A DNA stretch of 63,947 bases, counting the filler, from Reticulomyxa filosa (taxonomy: Eukaryota; Protista; Foraminifera), in NCBI GenBank assembly GCA_000512085.1. It is 27 parts of 27 records of this genome, joined end to end, with 100 filler letters (N's around TTAATTAATTAA, not from the genome) between each part and the next. Parts side by side here need not be neighbours in the genome. Positions count along the whole stretch, not along the records: positions 59,181 to 63,947 come from ASPP01028308.1; 26 more parts are not named here. The stretch is one strand, 5' to 3'. A model generated the notes under the pieces. The model made no database searches, was not told where the DNA came from, and saw nothing but the letters and a program-made list of their open reading frames with translations. How positions within the stretch are numbered: position 1 is the stretch's first letter; the number at the start of each line of letters is the position of its first letter. The translations under genes were made by a program, and so were the position numbers. Shown here one piece after another: positions 63,714-63,947 of the stretch.

Positions 63714-63947
63714 ATGAATCCAATTGAACATAACTTTGATAATACAACCTTTGAAACCTTGTCTTTTTTGCCTACTCCGTTTTTTCAAAGTCAATGCATA
63801 ATTCATGAACATGAAATTCTCTTTTGTGGAGGTTATGAAAATAATGAATGCTATTCTTATCACACAATTCAAAATCAATACAAATTTATTTGTTCATATC
63901 CAAAAGATATAATATTACGTGGACATTGTGTAGTAAAACGTACAAAT
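63714..63947 (+). CDS. Kelch-like family N-terminus (runs off the window)
   Basis: MNPIEH...FETLSFLPTPFFQSQCIIHEHEILFCGG...ECYSYH...YKFICSYP....GHCVVK. Confidence 0.85.
   Translation, partial: MNPIEHNFDNTTFETLSFLPTPFFQSQCIIHEHEILFCGGYENNECYSYHTIQNQYKFICSYPKDIILRGHCVVKRTN

Noticed and set aside
1-63947. Stop-codon reassignment as an explanation for in-frame stops
   Set aside because: Conserved genes end at TAA, TAG and TGA and have long clean exons; in-frame stops co-occur with frameshifts in pseudogenes.

Overview
This window is not a contiguous locus. It is 27 short contigs joined by 26 identical 100-bp artificial spacers (44 N + TTAATTAATTAA + 44 N), so neighbourhood across spacers carries no biological meaning. 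Twenty-five contigs are AT-rich, intron-containing eukaryotic DNA. Their homopolymer-rich introns and expanded WD40, Kelch-like, TPR and HEAT families resemble the foraminiferan Reticulomyxa filosa (Rhizaria), but this is an inference, not a search result. Two contigs (10361-11603 and 24202-25391) are GC-rich bacterial DNA. Recognisable host genes are Rpn9/PSMD13, an EF-hand protein, an atypical Hsp70, cytoplasmic dynein heavy chain, an M1 aminopeptidase, a CAP-Gly protein, a class IV sirtuin, a BTB/BACK-like protein, an ART-TPR protein, LENG1, a PZP-finger remnant, a PH-AGC pseudokinase, a Piezo-like N-terminus, a C2 protein, a 7TM protein, a SAM protein, an ankyrin-FYVE protein, PP2A B56 and a Kelch-WD40 fusion. 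Mobile DNA comprises Tc1, Ty3/gypsy and LINE-like relics plus two MITE-like elements. The five most notable signals are: (1) introns with poly-A rather than polypyrimidine tracts before the AG and poly-T after the GT; (2) a conserved ~33-aa module (IIxxWxRxLxIKLGWIxDFDK) on its own small exon, attached to two different beta-propeller families; (3) a ~340-nt ORF-free, densely base-paired ncRNA candidate at 25938-26273; (4) an ADP-ribosyltransferase-fold/TPR protein; (5) an intron-containing gene carrying a phage-type FGDN...GQA domain.
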